From assembly GCA_034429135.1 (NCBI GenBank), contig DAOUGR010000034.1, positions 12,503 through 76,502 on the forward strand: a DNA stretch of 64,000 bases, given 5' to 3'. Shown piece by piece: positions 17,906-27,155 of the stretch (positions within the stretch are counted from its first letter, which is position 1; each line of letters starts with the position of its first letter). This DNA is from Anaerolineaceae bacterium (GTDB lineage Bacteria; Chloroflexota; Anaerolineae; Anaerolineales; Anaerolineaceae). Under the pieces are notes generated by a model. It saw only the letters and a program-made list of their open reading frames with translations. It did not search any database and had not been told where the DNA came from. Position numbers and translations under genes: made by a program.

Positions 17906-19665
17906 GTGGATGACTCGACGAAAGATTGGATCTTTTCAGGTGGATAGAGTTGTAACATCGCATCCAGCCATGATAAAGATTCGCGAAGGACGAAGACGTT
18001 CAATTGGATTGAGGAGAAATATGATCGCCAGTCTGAATTCGATGGGATGCGTTCCCAACCATATCTCGAGGCGAATTCAGTAAAATCGACCCAGTAACCT
18101 TGAAGGGTACCATTTTCTTTTCCGCCATTTTCCAGAGCCGTGATATCAGCAGAATACCGGGCGCTGAAATCCCAGCTCTGTGCCCTGACGGGGGTTCCAC
18201 AGCTGCCATCTTGGGCGTAACATTTCAGCCAAACACGCCAGTAAGTCTTTCCATTATAATCTTCGCGGCTGACTGCCATCCAACCTGCTTCTAGCGGTAT
18301 CTGGTTCGTGGCAATGGCTCGGCCGGTGTAAAGCCAGTTTTCAGCAATATTGGATGGTGGTAACGAATCGAGCGAAAGAGACGCGTTCTCGAGCTTTTCG
18401 AGGTAATCCCATCCTAATTCTTCTGTCAACGCGGCGCGCAGATCGTGAAATCTATTGATAACAGCATCAGAAAGGTATGGTTCAGGAGCGGTTATTCCTG
18501 AAACCTCAACCAGCTGATTGGTTTGTACCTGAGGTCCTGCAGCGGTGGCTCGCGGCTGCCACAGACTTGCAGGTTCTGGCAGGTTCACCCTGGCCAGGTA
18601 AGCAGCGATATTTTTTGCTAATCCTGCAGATTTCCAATCAAATGCGCTTACCTGCTCTGACAAGGGAATAGGAGGAAGTAATAGACGGGCAGTAGTAGAT
18701 TCGTATGCAACAAAATCGTATTCGTTTGGAAGAACAAGCAATGAAAGCACACCACTGCCATCTGGGAGCCAGACGGGTTTGGTTCCAGTTCCAAGCGAGA
18801 TGACACTGCTGCCTTCAGCAGAGAAATGGATCACTTCAATGGTAGGCTGCTCTCCTGATTTGCTCCAGGCAAGCGAGTTGCCGTCAGGTGACCAGTTAGG
18901 TGATGAAAAATCTGCACCTGTTGATGATGCTGTGATAATAAATCTGTCTTCAGGGTTATCCAGACGAGCGATCCAAATCTCGTCACGCCCATTTCGGTCG
19001 GTAACAAATGCCACTTCGCGGCCATTTGGTGACCACGCCGGGCTGAAGTTGTTTCCTGAGTTTTCGGTAAGTTTGATCGAATCAGCAGCTTCTTTGTTCA
19101 CAGGAAGGATCAGGATATCAAACCTTCCATCTTGATAGGTTTCGACGGCCAGCCATTGGCCATCTGGTGACCAGGATGGCGCACAGGTGTAAGACTCAGA
19201 TTCTGTCAACCGTTCAGTCTGGTTGAGCACAAGATCCAAAATAAAGATATCCCATTTTCCGTACTGATCAGCACAGTAAGCGATTTTTGTACCATCCGGG
19301 CTGATTGCTGGAAAGTCAAAATTCCAGGGGTCTGCAGTTAGACGGGTGATGGGCAGGTAGGAGGGATGATATACGAAGAGGTGTTTATATTGGCCATCTC
19401 CCATGGCAAAGACAATTAAACCAGATTGATCAGTTGGATCAGGAGTGCCAACGGTTGGAATCACCGTTTTGGTTGCCGTCGGAGTTGGAAGGTCGGGTAG
19501 ATCAGTGGCAGTATTTTGCGGGAAAATCGTTCGATTGACTTCGATGGTTGTTGTTGCAGTCGATGTTGGGGCAGGTTTTGAGCAGCCTGCAGCAAAAACC
19601 GCTACCCATAAAAGGAGTGTGAAGGTACAAATGCGGGTGATGACTGGTGATGCGGGTTTCTGCAT
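17902..19665 (-). CDS. Lipoprotein with TolB-like PD40 beta-propeller repeats and an uncharacterised C-terminal domain
   Basis: Lipobox FAAGCS and a Thr/Pro linker. Repeated SPDG/SPNG...IAY/LAV/VAF...IW/IF blades (ISPDGTKIAY, WSPDGQWLAV, WSPNGREVAF, WSPDGNSLAW). The last approx. 230 aa match no family that I recognise. Confidence 0.65.
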   Translation of the reverse strand: MQKPASPVITRICTFTLLLWVAVFAAGCSKPAPTSTATTTIEVNRTIFPQNTATDLPDLPTPTATKTVIPTVGTPDPTDQSGLIVFAMGDGQYKHLFVYHPSYLPITRLTADPWNFDFPAISPDGTKIAYCADQYGKWDIFILDLVLNQTERLTESESYTCAPSWSPDGQWLAVETYQDGRFDILILPVNKEAADSIKLTENSGNNFSPAWSPNGREVAFVTDRNGRDEIWIARLDNPEDRFIITASSTGADFSSPNWSPDGNSLAWSKSGEQPTIEVIHFSAEGSSVISLGTGTKPVWLPDGSGVLSLLVLPNEYDFVAYESTTARLLLPPIPLSEQVSAFDWKSAGLAKNIAAYLARVNLPEPASLWQPRATAAGPQVQTNQLVEVSGITAPEPYLSDAVINRFHDLRAALTEELGWDYLEKLENASLSLDSLPPSNIAENWLYTGRAIATNQIPLEAGWMAVSREDYNGKTYWRVWLKCYAQDGSCGTPVRAQSWDFSARYSADITALENGGKENGTLQGYWVDFTEFASRYGWERIPSNSDWRSYFSSIQLNVFVLRESLSWLDAMLQLYPPEKIQSFVESST

Positions 19666-19700
19666 ATTCGATCCTTATGCCAAATGGTCAGGAGATGAGG

Positions 19701-20558
19701 TCAATTAAAATCCTTCCAGAATAATGCCGGGTCTGTGGCTTGAAAAATCCCTGATATTGACCAGATGCAATAATTGTACCGTTCTTCAGGTGTAGCGTCT
19801 TGCGTATAGGTGGCTATTGAACCAAATTGTGCATGAGAGGGGCCGATGCGCACCTCGATATGCAGGTGTTCCGCAACGGAGTTTCCTGTGATTCCCACTG
19901 CGCCAATCGTCTGACCACATTCCACTACGTCACCGGGTTTGAATTCCGGTTTATATTCCAGGTGTGAATAGAGGATGTAGAGCGATTTTTCATCTTCTGA
20001 CCAGGTAATGGGAGTCATTTCTTTGTCGCATGTGCTCCAGGCATCGATGCTTTGTTGAGGGATAGGCGTTGGCAGCGAGATCGAAGCCAGTAATTCGGGG
20101 GATAGCTGACTCAATGGCGTTTCAATAATCATCATATTGCCGTATGGAAAGCGGTTGTCGATTACCTGTGTTACCCTGCCGGGTAAGATGGATTGGACAG
20201 GCAGCCCATACATTGTTGTAAAACTACCATGGGTGAAGAAGGCCAGGTCTACGCCAGGGTGCCCGATATCGGTAAACGCACTGGGGTAACTGAATGTGTT
20301 CGAAGTGATGGAATGCAATTCTCCCAACCCGATGCCGCTTAATGGTGAGCAAACCCCACCATGCGGGACGAGAGTTGGGGTGAGGGTTGGCGTTGGATAA
20401 GGGGTACTTGTGATGGTAGGACTATTGGCAAGGCCAGGAGTCGTTGAGGATATCGTTGGAGAAGGGGGTACCGTTGCAGCAGCCTGCGGACCGCTGCAAC
20501 TGACCAGAAATATACCCAAAAGTAATAAACTCAATCTTCTAAGTAAATGGACTTTCAT
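19701..20558 (-). CDS. M23-family metallopeptidase lipoprotein
   Basis: Lipobox LVSCSG and a Thr/Pro linker, with zinc motifs HPGVDLAF and EHLHIEVR. Start set at the ATG at 20558; the track start at 20576 is TTG. Confidence 0.75.
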   Translation of the reverse strand: MKVHLLRRLSLLLLGIFLVSCSGPQAAATVPPSPTISSTTPGLANSPTITSTPYPTPTLTPTLVPHGGVCSPLSGIGLGELHSITSNTFSYPSAFTDIGHPGVDLAFFTHGSFTTMYGLPVQSILPGRVTQVIDNRFPYGNMMIIETPLSQLSPELLASISLPTPIPQQSIDAWSTCDKEMTPITWSEDEKSLYILYSHLEYKPEFKPGDVVECGQTIGAVGITGNSVAEHLHIEVRIGPSHAQFGSIATYTQDATPEERYNYCIWSISGIFQATDPALFWKDFN

Positions 20559-20595
20559 CGGTATCCAGATCGCCAATTCATACCCGAAACACAGA

Positions 20596-20928
20596 TTATT
20601 GTACCTGTTCTATCCTCTGATCCAAGAACGGGTTGTCATCTGTACGCAGTAAGGCTTTTACCCAGATAGATTCATCAATTGAGGACTTGTTAAGGTGTAA
20701 AGTGAAATTCATCTGACGGATACAAACGCCCAGGATAACGGCGTGCGCGAGTTCAATGTTATCTTGATCGACCAGCGATAGTTCCACGTTGGGTTTTTGG
20801 CTGACATCTGATAATTCGAACTCCACACGCACCCGCTTGCGATCTTCAAAAAATTTCCCTGAAAGGGAAACGACTTCAGGTGCCGCAGGAGAAGATTCAG
20901 GATGGTTGTTCTGAGCGTTATCCGCCAT
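20596..20928 (-). CDS. Hypothetical small cytoplasmic protein
   Basis: 110-aa ORF with no signal peptide and no recognisable motif. It lies 14 nt downstream of the DUF1015-like gene on the same strand. Confidence 0.4.
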   Translation of the reverse strand: MADNAQNNHPESSPAAPEVVSLSGKFFEDRKRVRVEFELSDVSQKPNVELSLVDQDNIELAHAVILGVCIRQMNFTLHLNKSSIDESIWVKALLRTDDNPFLDQRIEQVQ

Positions 20929-20942
20929 GAATCAATCCCTTC

Positions 20943-22265
20943 CTAATCAGTGATCTTTCGGGCTTCCATATAAAAGCGTTTTTCGTGAGCCTCTCCCATC
21001 GAAAAAGTCTTACGTGGGAGGGCACCATCTAAGATCACCGTCCGGAACAACTCGCTTTTTGCCATGGCTGGCAGGTAGAAACCAGCGTTTCCGTTTTGAC
21101 ATCCCAGTGTTGAGACGGTCTCATCACCATGTACGTAATCGATAGACGCCGCACCACCTATTTTCAGCCAATGGTCAAGGAAAGGTTGAAGCGTGCCTAC
21201 AGGCAGATTGGCAGATGGATTTTGAATGGTAATCACGAAAGTTGCATCAGGGGTAATCAGCCCAAATTTGTGTGCGGTTTTCAATTGACCGTCAACGATC
21301 TTTTTCATATGGTGAAAATCAGTCGTTTTTTCCAATTCCAGATTCGAGCCAAAATACGTTTGCATTTCTTCAATGGGGTCAGACGCCAGACGGAATAAAA
21401 CGCGATGAATCGGTTCAAACGCTAACCCTTGATCATGGATATTTTCAATTTCAACCAGTGCGTAACGAGAGGGATGGTTCATCCCCACCAGTGCTTTATT
21501 CTGCTCCCAGATGGATTTAGCGGTTGCCAGCGAGTGATTCCCGTCACCAACCGCAAAAAGCAATATTCCTTTTTCTTTTCCGACGTTGTATTTAGGGTAG
21601 AAAACATCTGGACTGGAGAGTGCCTCGATATTCTGGATTACGGCTGATTCCAAGTCAGCATCATTTACAAAACGTCCACAAAGGTGCCCGCTGTTCTGCA
21701 TCAGATCAAAATCATAAGCGATTGGTAAACTCGATTTTTTGGCTTCGATCGGGCCGATGACTTTATCTCCTGGGTCGTCGATCAGCACCAGAATGTGTGG
21801 AAGTTCGATGATGGCTTCTTTACGAATACGGATGCGCGGTGGAAGACGGTCTAAAATTGTCCCTTCTGTCGCGCGGATTAGGCTCTGAGAACCAACTGAG
21901 AAATCATATTGCTCCAGATCGAGCGCCAACATTAAACCACGCCGGGTTTTCCCATCAACGGACCTCTCAACATAGATGAGCTGGTCTTGAGGTTCGAGGG
22001 TGCCGTCGGCAAGGTACTGTTTCATTTTCGTTTTGGCATCGCTGACGCGCTGGGTTTCCACTTCTGTACCGAGGTAAACCTCTGGCAGGATCAAGTGCAG
22101 GGTGGATGGAGAATCACCAACATATTCAGAGACTTTCTGCCAGTATTCAGGCTGCGACGTGTATTGATCGCAGGCGATTACTGCCCATTTAGAGTGATCA
22201 ATCTGATGGTTAGGCAGGTAAGTGGTTGGAATTTGAACACCGATCTGAGGAAAAATCTTCATCAA
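20943..22265 (-). CDS. DUF1015-like protein
   Basis: 440 aa. The N-terminal VIACDQYTSQPEYW and central FAVGDGNHSLATAK resemble the PPYDVIS and ADGHHR boxes of DUF1015 proteins, with divergent residues. Confidence 0.5.
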   Translation of the reverse strand: MMKIFPQIGVQIPTTYLPNHQIDHSKWAVIACDQYTSQPEYWQKVSEYVGDSPSTLHLILPEVYLGTEVETQRVSDAKTKMKQYLADGTLEPQDQLIYVERSVDGKTRRGLMLALDLEQYDFSVGSQSLIRATEGTILDRLPPRIRIRKEAIIELPHILVLIDDPGDKVIGPIEAKKSSLPIAYDFDLMQNSGHLCGRFVNDADLESAVIQNIEALSSPDVFYPKYNVGKEKGILLFAVGDGNHSLATAKSIWEQNKALVGMNHPSRYALVEIENIHDQGLAFEPIHRVLFRLASDPIEEMQTYFGSNLELEKTTDFHHMKKIVDGQLKTAHKFGLITPDATFVITIQNPSANLPVGTLQPFLDHWLKIGGAASIDYVHGDETVSTLGCQNGNAGFYLPAMAKSELFRTVILDGALPRKTFSMGEAHEKRFYMEARKITD

Positions 22266-22295
22266 TTGACCTCGTTTTTATTTTTATTTTACCAG

Positions 22296-22342
22296 AATCA
22301 AAAAATTGCACTCCCCGCGGTCAATCAGAGAGTGCAATTTTC
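22296..22342 (-). terminator. Putative terminator after the DegV gene
   Basis: On the minus strand: aaaattgcactc, a 16-nt loop, gagtgcaatttt, then ttgatt. The loop is rather large. Confidence 0.35.
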
Positions 22343-22366
22343 AAATTCACAATTTGGGAGGTCAGA

Positions 22367-23227
22367 TTACATTCCAGCCATATAAACGAGCCCAAGTGCA
22401 CCCGGGCCGGTGTGTGTGCCAAGCACCGGGCTGACTGTGCTGATCACTGCGTCGCTGATGAGTGACGACGGAAACCGTTTGACTGCCTGGTTGAGCAGCT
22501 TTTCAGCATCAGCGGGCGCATTGGCGTGTACGGCGCAAAGGCGGATCGGACCTGGTTCATCTTTGATTTTGGCTTCTACAAGGTCGAGCATACGGTCAGT
22601 GGCCTTGGAAAGGGTTCGTACCCGTTCGACTGCCTCGATTCGCCCGTCGCGAACCTCGAGCAGTGGTTTGAGGTTAAGCATGTGTCCTAAAAAGGCCTGT
22701 GCCCCTCCAATACGTCCGCCGCGGTGTAAAAATTCGAGCGTATTCAACACGAAAAAGACACCGCTGTGCCTGGTTGCAGCTGTGGCAACAGCTTTGCACT
22801 CGGCAAGGCTGCCACCGGTTTCTGCCATACGGGAGGCGCTGAGAACCTGAAAACCAAGAGCCATGCTGGTGCTGTTGGAATCAATTAATTCGATCCTGGC
22901 GTTTGGAAACGCCCGTTTGGCCTGTTGGGCAGAAGCCATGGTACCTGAAAGTTTGCCAGAAATGTGGATGCTTAAAATGTCATACCCTTCACTGATCAAC
23001 CTGCTGTAAAGATTTTTGAATTCCTCGGGTGTCACCTGTGAAGTTGAAGGTAAGACCTTATCTACAGCCAGGCGTTCGTAGAATTCTTTGGGTTGGATAT
23101 CAATCCCGTCTCGATAAATTTCATTGCCCCAGATCACCTGTAATGGCAGCGATACGACTGGATTCCCGTTTAAAAGCTCAGGGGGAATATTTGCCGTACT
23201 ATCGGTCACGATCATTACCTTATTCAT
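22367..23227 (-). CDS. DegV-family fatty-acid-binding protein
   Basis: MNKVMIVTDSTANIP (DegV N-terminal signature), then SGKLSGT and GPGALGLVYM. The ATG at 23227 is preceded by GGAGG; the track start is an upstream TTG. Confidence 0.85.
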   Translation of the reverse strand: MNKVMIVTDSTANIPPELLNGNPVVSLPLQVIWGNEIYRDGIDIQPKEFYERLAVDKVLPSTSQVTPEEFKNLYSRLISEGYDILSIHISGKLSGTMASAQQAKRAFPNARIELIDSNSTSMALGFQVLSASRMAETGGSLAECKAVATAATRHSGVFFVLNTLEFLHRGGRIGGAQAFLGHMLNLKPLLEVRDGRIEAVERVRTLSKATDRMLDLVEAKIKDEPGPIRLCAVHANAPADAEKLLNQAVKRFPSSLISDAVISTVSPVLGTHTGPGALGLVYMAGM

Positions 23228-23328
23228 GGATATTTCCTCCAATAATTATCTACTTTATAACTTTCGTTATTACAACACCGTATCATCTGAAAAGATGCAT
23301 TCGTTTGAATAGAGTTTTGGCATTTACC

Positions 23329-23357
23329 TTGACCAAACGAATTTTCCAGACTAAAAT
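23329..23357 (+). promoter_or_regulatory. Candidate sigma-70-type promoter of the ffh operon
   Basis: TTGACC (23329-23334), a 17-nt spacer, then TAAAAT (23352-23357). It lies about 55 nt upstream of the ffh start. Confidence 0.45.
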
Positions 23358-23410
23358 CCAGCCTGTCACCTTTCAAGGGTGGGCGTTTCTTATTTAAAAG
23401 AGTGTGAAAA

Positions 23411-24733
23411 TTGTTCGAAAACCTTACATCACGGCTTGATCAGATCTTTCAGCAGTTACGCAGACGCGGCAAGTTAACCGCGGCTGATGTTGACGCTATG
23501 ATGCGCGAGGTGCGTCTGGCTCTGTTGGAGGCTGATGTTAACTACACTGTGGTTAAGGATTTTGTTGCCCGGGTACGCGAACGCGCGATTGGTGCAGAGG
23601 TATCAAAAGCACTCAACCCGGCGCAGCAAGTGATAAAGATTGTTAATGAAGAACTAATCAAAACGCTTGGAGAGCCTGCCCGCTTAAACTTGAGTGGTGT
23701 AAAACCATACGCCGTGATGTTGGTTGGGCTTCAGGGTTCAGGTAAAACCACCGCCGCAGCAAAACTTGCCCGAAAACTGCGGTCAGATGGAGAGCGGGTC
23801 TTGCTTGTTGCATGTGACCCTTACCGCCCGGCAGCGGTGAAGCAATTACAGACGCTGGGCGAGAAGATTGGGGTCGAGGTGGTGGCGGATGCAGCGCTGA
23901 AACCCCCTGCGCTCGCAGCACAGGCATTCGATAAAGCACAAAAAGGCGGTTACTCGGTTGTTATTCTGGATACAGCCGGCCGGTCACAGCTTGATCAACC
24001 GCTGATGGATGAATTACAGGCCATCACGAAGAAAGTTAGAATCTCTGAAACCCTGTTGGTTGTGGATGCGATGATTGGTCAAGAAGCGCTTCACATCGCT
24101 GAAGGTTTTCGGGATACAATTAATATTACTGGATTGATCTTTACCAAGATTGATGGAGATGCCCGCGGTGGTGCTGCAATTTCTGTGCGCAGTGTTACCG
24201 GTGTTCCGATTAAATACCTGAGTACCGGTGAAGGCGTAGACGCCCTGGAAGCCTACGATCCTGGAAGATTGGCTTCCCGAATTCTGGGAATGGGTGATAT
24301 GATTGGATTGATCGAAAAGGCAGAAGCCGCTTTCGATCAGAAAACGCAGAAAGAGCAGGCTGAGCGAATGCTCAAGGGGCAGTTCACCCTTGAGGATTTC
24401 GCGGAACAATTAAAACAGCTGCGAAAAATGGGACCATTATCGCAGGTTATGGATATGCTTCCGGGAGGACTGGGACAGGCTGCCCGTAATGTATCTCCGG
24501 AAGAAACCGAGAGGAATCTGAAACGCACTGAGGCGATTCTCAGTTCGATGACGAAGGAAGAACGACGGAACCCAGACGTGCTCAATGCTTCACGTCGGCG
24601 CAGGATCGCCCGGGGAGCGGGTACAGATGTAACAGAAGTCAACCGCATGATCAAACAGTTCAGAGATGCGCAGCGGTTGATGAAAACGTTAAAGAAAACA
24701 GGCGGGAAAGGGATTTCCCGTATGTTCCAGTGA
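23411..24733 (+). CDS. ffh: Signal recognition particle protein Ffh
   Basis: MFENLTSRL N-terminus (TTG start). NG domain motifs GLQGSGKTT, DTAGR and TKIDGDARGGAA. Met-rich M domain. Confidence 0.95.
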   Translation: MFENLTSRLDQIFQQLRRRGKLTAADVDAMMREVRLALLEADVNYTVVKDFVARVRERAIGAEVSKALNPAQQVIKIVNEELIKTLGEPARLNLSGVKPYAVMLVGLQGSGKTTAAAKLARKLRSDGERVLLVACDPYRPAAVKQLQTLGEKIGVEVVADAALKPPALAAQAFDKAQKGGYSVVILDTAGRSQLDQPLMDELQAITKKVRISETLLVVDAMIGQEALHIAEGFRDTINITGLIFTKIDGDARGGAAISVRSVTGVPIKYLSTGEGVDALEAYDPGRLASRILGMGDMIGLIEKAEAAFDQKTQKEQAERMLKGQFTLEDFAEQLKQLRKMGPLSQVMDMLPGGLGQAARNVSPEETERNLKRTEAILSSMTKEERRNPDVLNASRRRRIARGAGTDVTEVNRMIKQFRDAQRLMKTLKKTGGKGISRMFQ

Positions 24734-24840
24734 TCAAAAATGAAACAGCGGTAAGCGCCCCTTCAGCGCCCCTCGCCAAAGCGGAATTTTTGAATTCACA
24801 TCATATTTGATCATGTCAAGAGAAACAGGAGAATAATTAG

Positions 24841-25176
24841 ATGGTTAGAATTCGTTTACGCAGAACAGGACTCAGGCACCAGCCCAGTTTCCGTGTGGTC
24901 GTTGCAGATAGCGAAAGCCCGCGTGATGGCCGCTTCTTGGAGATTGTTGGTTCTTACAATCCAACAACCGACCCCTTTACCTTCGATGTAAAGGAAGATC
25001 GGATCTTTGAATGGATGAAGAATGGTGCCCTTCCCACTGAATCCGTGAACAAGCTTTTCAAAATCACAGGCATCCTTGACCGCTTCGAACGTTACAAGAA
25101 GGGTGAGTCACTCGAAACCCTTTTAGAAGAAGCCAAGAAAGCCGCTGAAGAACGCGCTGCTAAAATTAAAGCATAA
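24841..25176 (+). CDS. rpsP: 30S ribosomal protein S16
   Basis: MVRIRLRRTGLRHQPSFRVVVADSESPRDGRFLEIVGSYNP is a canonical S16 N-terminus, followed by a Lys/Glu/Ala-rich tail. Confidence 0.95.
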   Translation: MVRIRLRRTGLRHQPSFRVVVADSESPRDGRFLEIVGSYNPTTDPFTFDVKEDRIFEWMKNGALPTESVNKLFKITGILDRFERYKKGESLETLLEEAKKAAEERAAKIKA

Positions 25177-25244
25177 GGATCGACATGCAAACATCAATCC
25201 ATTCGGGGCACAGATACCCAAAATCACATGACGAGGGGAGTACT

Positions 25245-25481
25245 GTGAAAGAGCTGATTGAATATATTGCTTTGTCGCTGGTTGATGATCCATCTCAAGT
25301 GGTGGTGAATCAATTTCGCAGCGGTGGAAAAGAAAACCTGGAACTGCACGTTGCCCGGGAGGACATGGGGCGCGTCATTGGAAAGGGTGGTCGTGTAGCC
25401 AATGCGATGCGTGTTTTACTGCGCGTCGCTGCTGCACGCGAAGGCAAACAGGCCAACCTGGACGTTGCAGAACCCCGATGA
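25245..25481 (+). CDS. KH-domain RNA-binding protein (UPF0109/YlqC-like)
   Basis: VKELIEYIALSLVDDPSQV...MGRVIGKGGRVANAMRVLL (GxxG KH motif). The GTG at 25245 is preceded by GAGGGGAG. The conserved position is between rpsP and rimM. Confidence 0.8.
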   Translation: MKELIEYIALSLVDDPSQVVVNQFRSGGKENLELHVAREDMGRVIGKGGRVANAMRVLLRVAAAREGKQANLDVAEPR

Positions 25482-26038
25482 GCAAAGCCGGTGCCCATTT
25501 GAAGCAAGAGAAATCACTTTCAGGCTCGCCCCAATCCGGCGAGCCTGTCTACTTGACGATCGGAAAGATCCGCCGACCACATGGGGTGAAAGGCGAGGTA
25601 GTCATGGAGATGGTCACTGACTTTCCTCAAAAGATCAAGGCGGGCATCCAGATTTACATTGGTGAAAAGAAACAGGAACACAAACTGGCTTCGATTCGAC
25701 CAAACGGTGATTTGTTTTTGATCTCGATCGAGGGCTTTACCGATTGTGATGCGGTTTCTGTTTTCCGAAATCAATGGGTTTATGCGCAGTCTTCGACTGT
25801 TGGCCCGCTACCGGATGGACTTTTTTACCACCGCGAGGTCATTGGAATGAAAGTGATTGACGAGCAAGGGAATTTGCTGGGTGTGGTAAAGGAAATCCTG
25901 GTAACTGGTGCAAATGATGTATATGTAGTGGATACACAAGATAACCATGAGATCCTTTTACCTGCAATAAAATCTGTCATTCTTTCAATGAACCGCGATA
26001 CGCGTAGTATGGTTGTGCGATTACAGGAATGGGATTAG
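25478..26038 (+). CDS. rimM: 16S rRNA processing protein RimM
   Basis: YLTIGKIRRPHGVKGEV signature and a PRC-barrel C-terminus. ATGA overlap with the KH gene. Confidence 0.9.
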   Translation: MSKAGAHLKQEKSLSGSPQSGEPVYLTIGKIRRPHGVKGEVVMEMVTDFPQKIKAGIQIYIGEKKQEHKLASIRPNGDLFLISIEGFTDCDAVSVFRNQWVYAQSSTVGPLPDGLFYHREVIGMKVIDEQGNLLGVVKEILVTGANDVYVVDTQDNHEILLPAIKSVILSMNRDTRSMVVRLQEWD

Positions 26039-26048
26039 GAGTACCGTC

Positions 26049-27155
26049 GTGGATCCAAAGGCCTACTGGGTGGGATTTAACCTGGTCAAAGGGATCGGTG
26101 CCGTCAGGCTCAAGCAAATTCTCGATTTTTATGGTTCACTTGAGATCGCCTGGAATTCCCCGGCGAGCGGTTTGGTTTCTGCCGGTTTACCGCAAAAAAT
26201 CGCTGAAAAATTTATCCAAATAAGAGCACAGGTTGACCTTGAACGCATCATGGATAGAATCGCAAGCGAGAATATTCTGGTGGTAACCTGGGATGATGCC
26301 AATTACCCCCGGCGATTAAAAGAGATTAACCAGGCGCCCCCTGTACTGTATATCAAGGGATCAATTAATGTGGAAGATGATTGGGCGGTTGCAGTCGTTG
26401 GCACGCGCCGGGTCACACCATACGGAAGGCAGGTGGCAGCTGAGATTGCCCGATTCCTTGCGCAAAACGGTGTAACCGTGATCAGCGGGTTAGCAAGAGG
26501 GGTGGATGCAATCTCCCATCAGGCTGCATTACAGAATGGCGGAAGAACCATCGCCGTCCTTGGCAGCGGTGTGGATGTGATCTATCCACCAGAACATCGA
26601 AAACTGGCGTCTGAGATTGTCAGACAGGGAGCCATTGTTAGCGATTACCCGGTGGGCACACAACCTGACGGGATTAATTTTCCTCCTCGCAACCGTATTA
26701 TTTCAGGTCTTTCACTGGCAACGGTCGTGGTTGAAGCCGGTGAAAAAAGTGGTGCCCTGATCACCGCTGAGTTTGCAGTGGAACAGGGACGTGATGTTTT
26801 TGCAGTTCCCGGCAGTATTCTCACGCCGCAAAGCGATGGAACGAACCGATTGATTGAACAGGGTGCCCGTCCATTGTTGAAAATGACTGAAATCCTTGAT
26901 GTACTAAAACTGGAACAAATCCCTGAAAAACAGGCGGTGCGCAGGCAAAACCCTTTGAATCCGAATGAACGGCAGCTGCTGAACCATTTATCACAAGAGC
27001 CAGTGCATATTGATGAATTATGTGAATTGACCGGGTTGCCAATTCATGACCTTTCGGCTACACTCACGATGATGGAACTTAAAGGTCTGGTTTCACAGGT
27101 GGGCGGGATGAATTACGTTGCCATGCGCGAAACCAAGGCTGCTTATAAAGGATGA
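26049..27155 (+). CDS. dprA: DNA-processing protein DprA (Smf)
   Basis: Rossmann-like DprA core (VVGTRRVTPYG, ISGLARGVDAISH, SGALITA). C-terminal winged-helix domain. The GTG at 26049 lies 7 nt after AGGAG and just downstream of the rimM stop. Confidence 0.85.
   Translation: MDPKAYWVGFNLVKGIGAVRLKQILDFYGSLEIAWNSPASGLVSAGLPQKIAEKFIQIRAQVDLERIMDRIASENILVVTWDDANYPRRLKEINQAPPVLYIKGSINVEDDWAVAVVGTRRVTPYGRQVAAEIARFLAQNGVTVISGLARGVDAISHQAALQNGGRTIAVLGSGVDVIYPPEHRKLASEIVRQGAIVSDYPVGTQPDGINFPPRNRIISGLSLATVVVEAGEKSGALITAEFAVEQGRDVFAVPGSILTPQSDGTNRLIEQGARPLLKMTEILDVLKLEQIPEKQAVRRQNPLNPNERQLLNHLSQEPVHIDELCELTGLPIHDLSATLTMMELKGLVSQVGGMNYVAMRETKAAYKG

Noticed and set aside
24734-24840. Looked for a structured leader or riboswitch between ffh and rpsP, and in the other intergenic regions longer than 100 nt (5242-5347, 14076-14277, 23228-23410).
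   Set aside because: Only promoter-like hexamers and weak hairpins were seen, with nothing resembling a known riboswitch or T-box core. This cannot be excluded without covariance-model searches.
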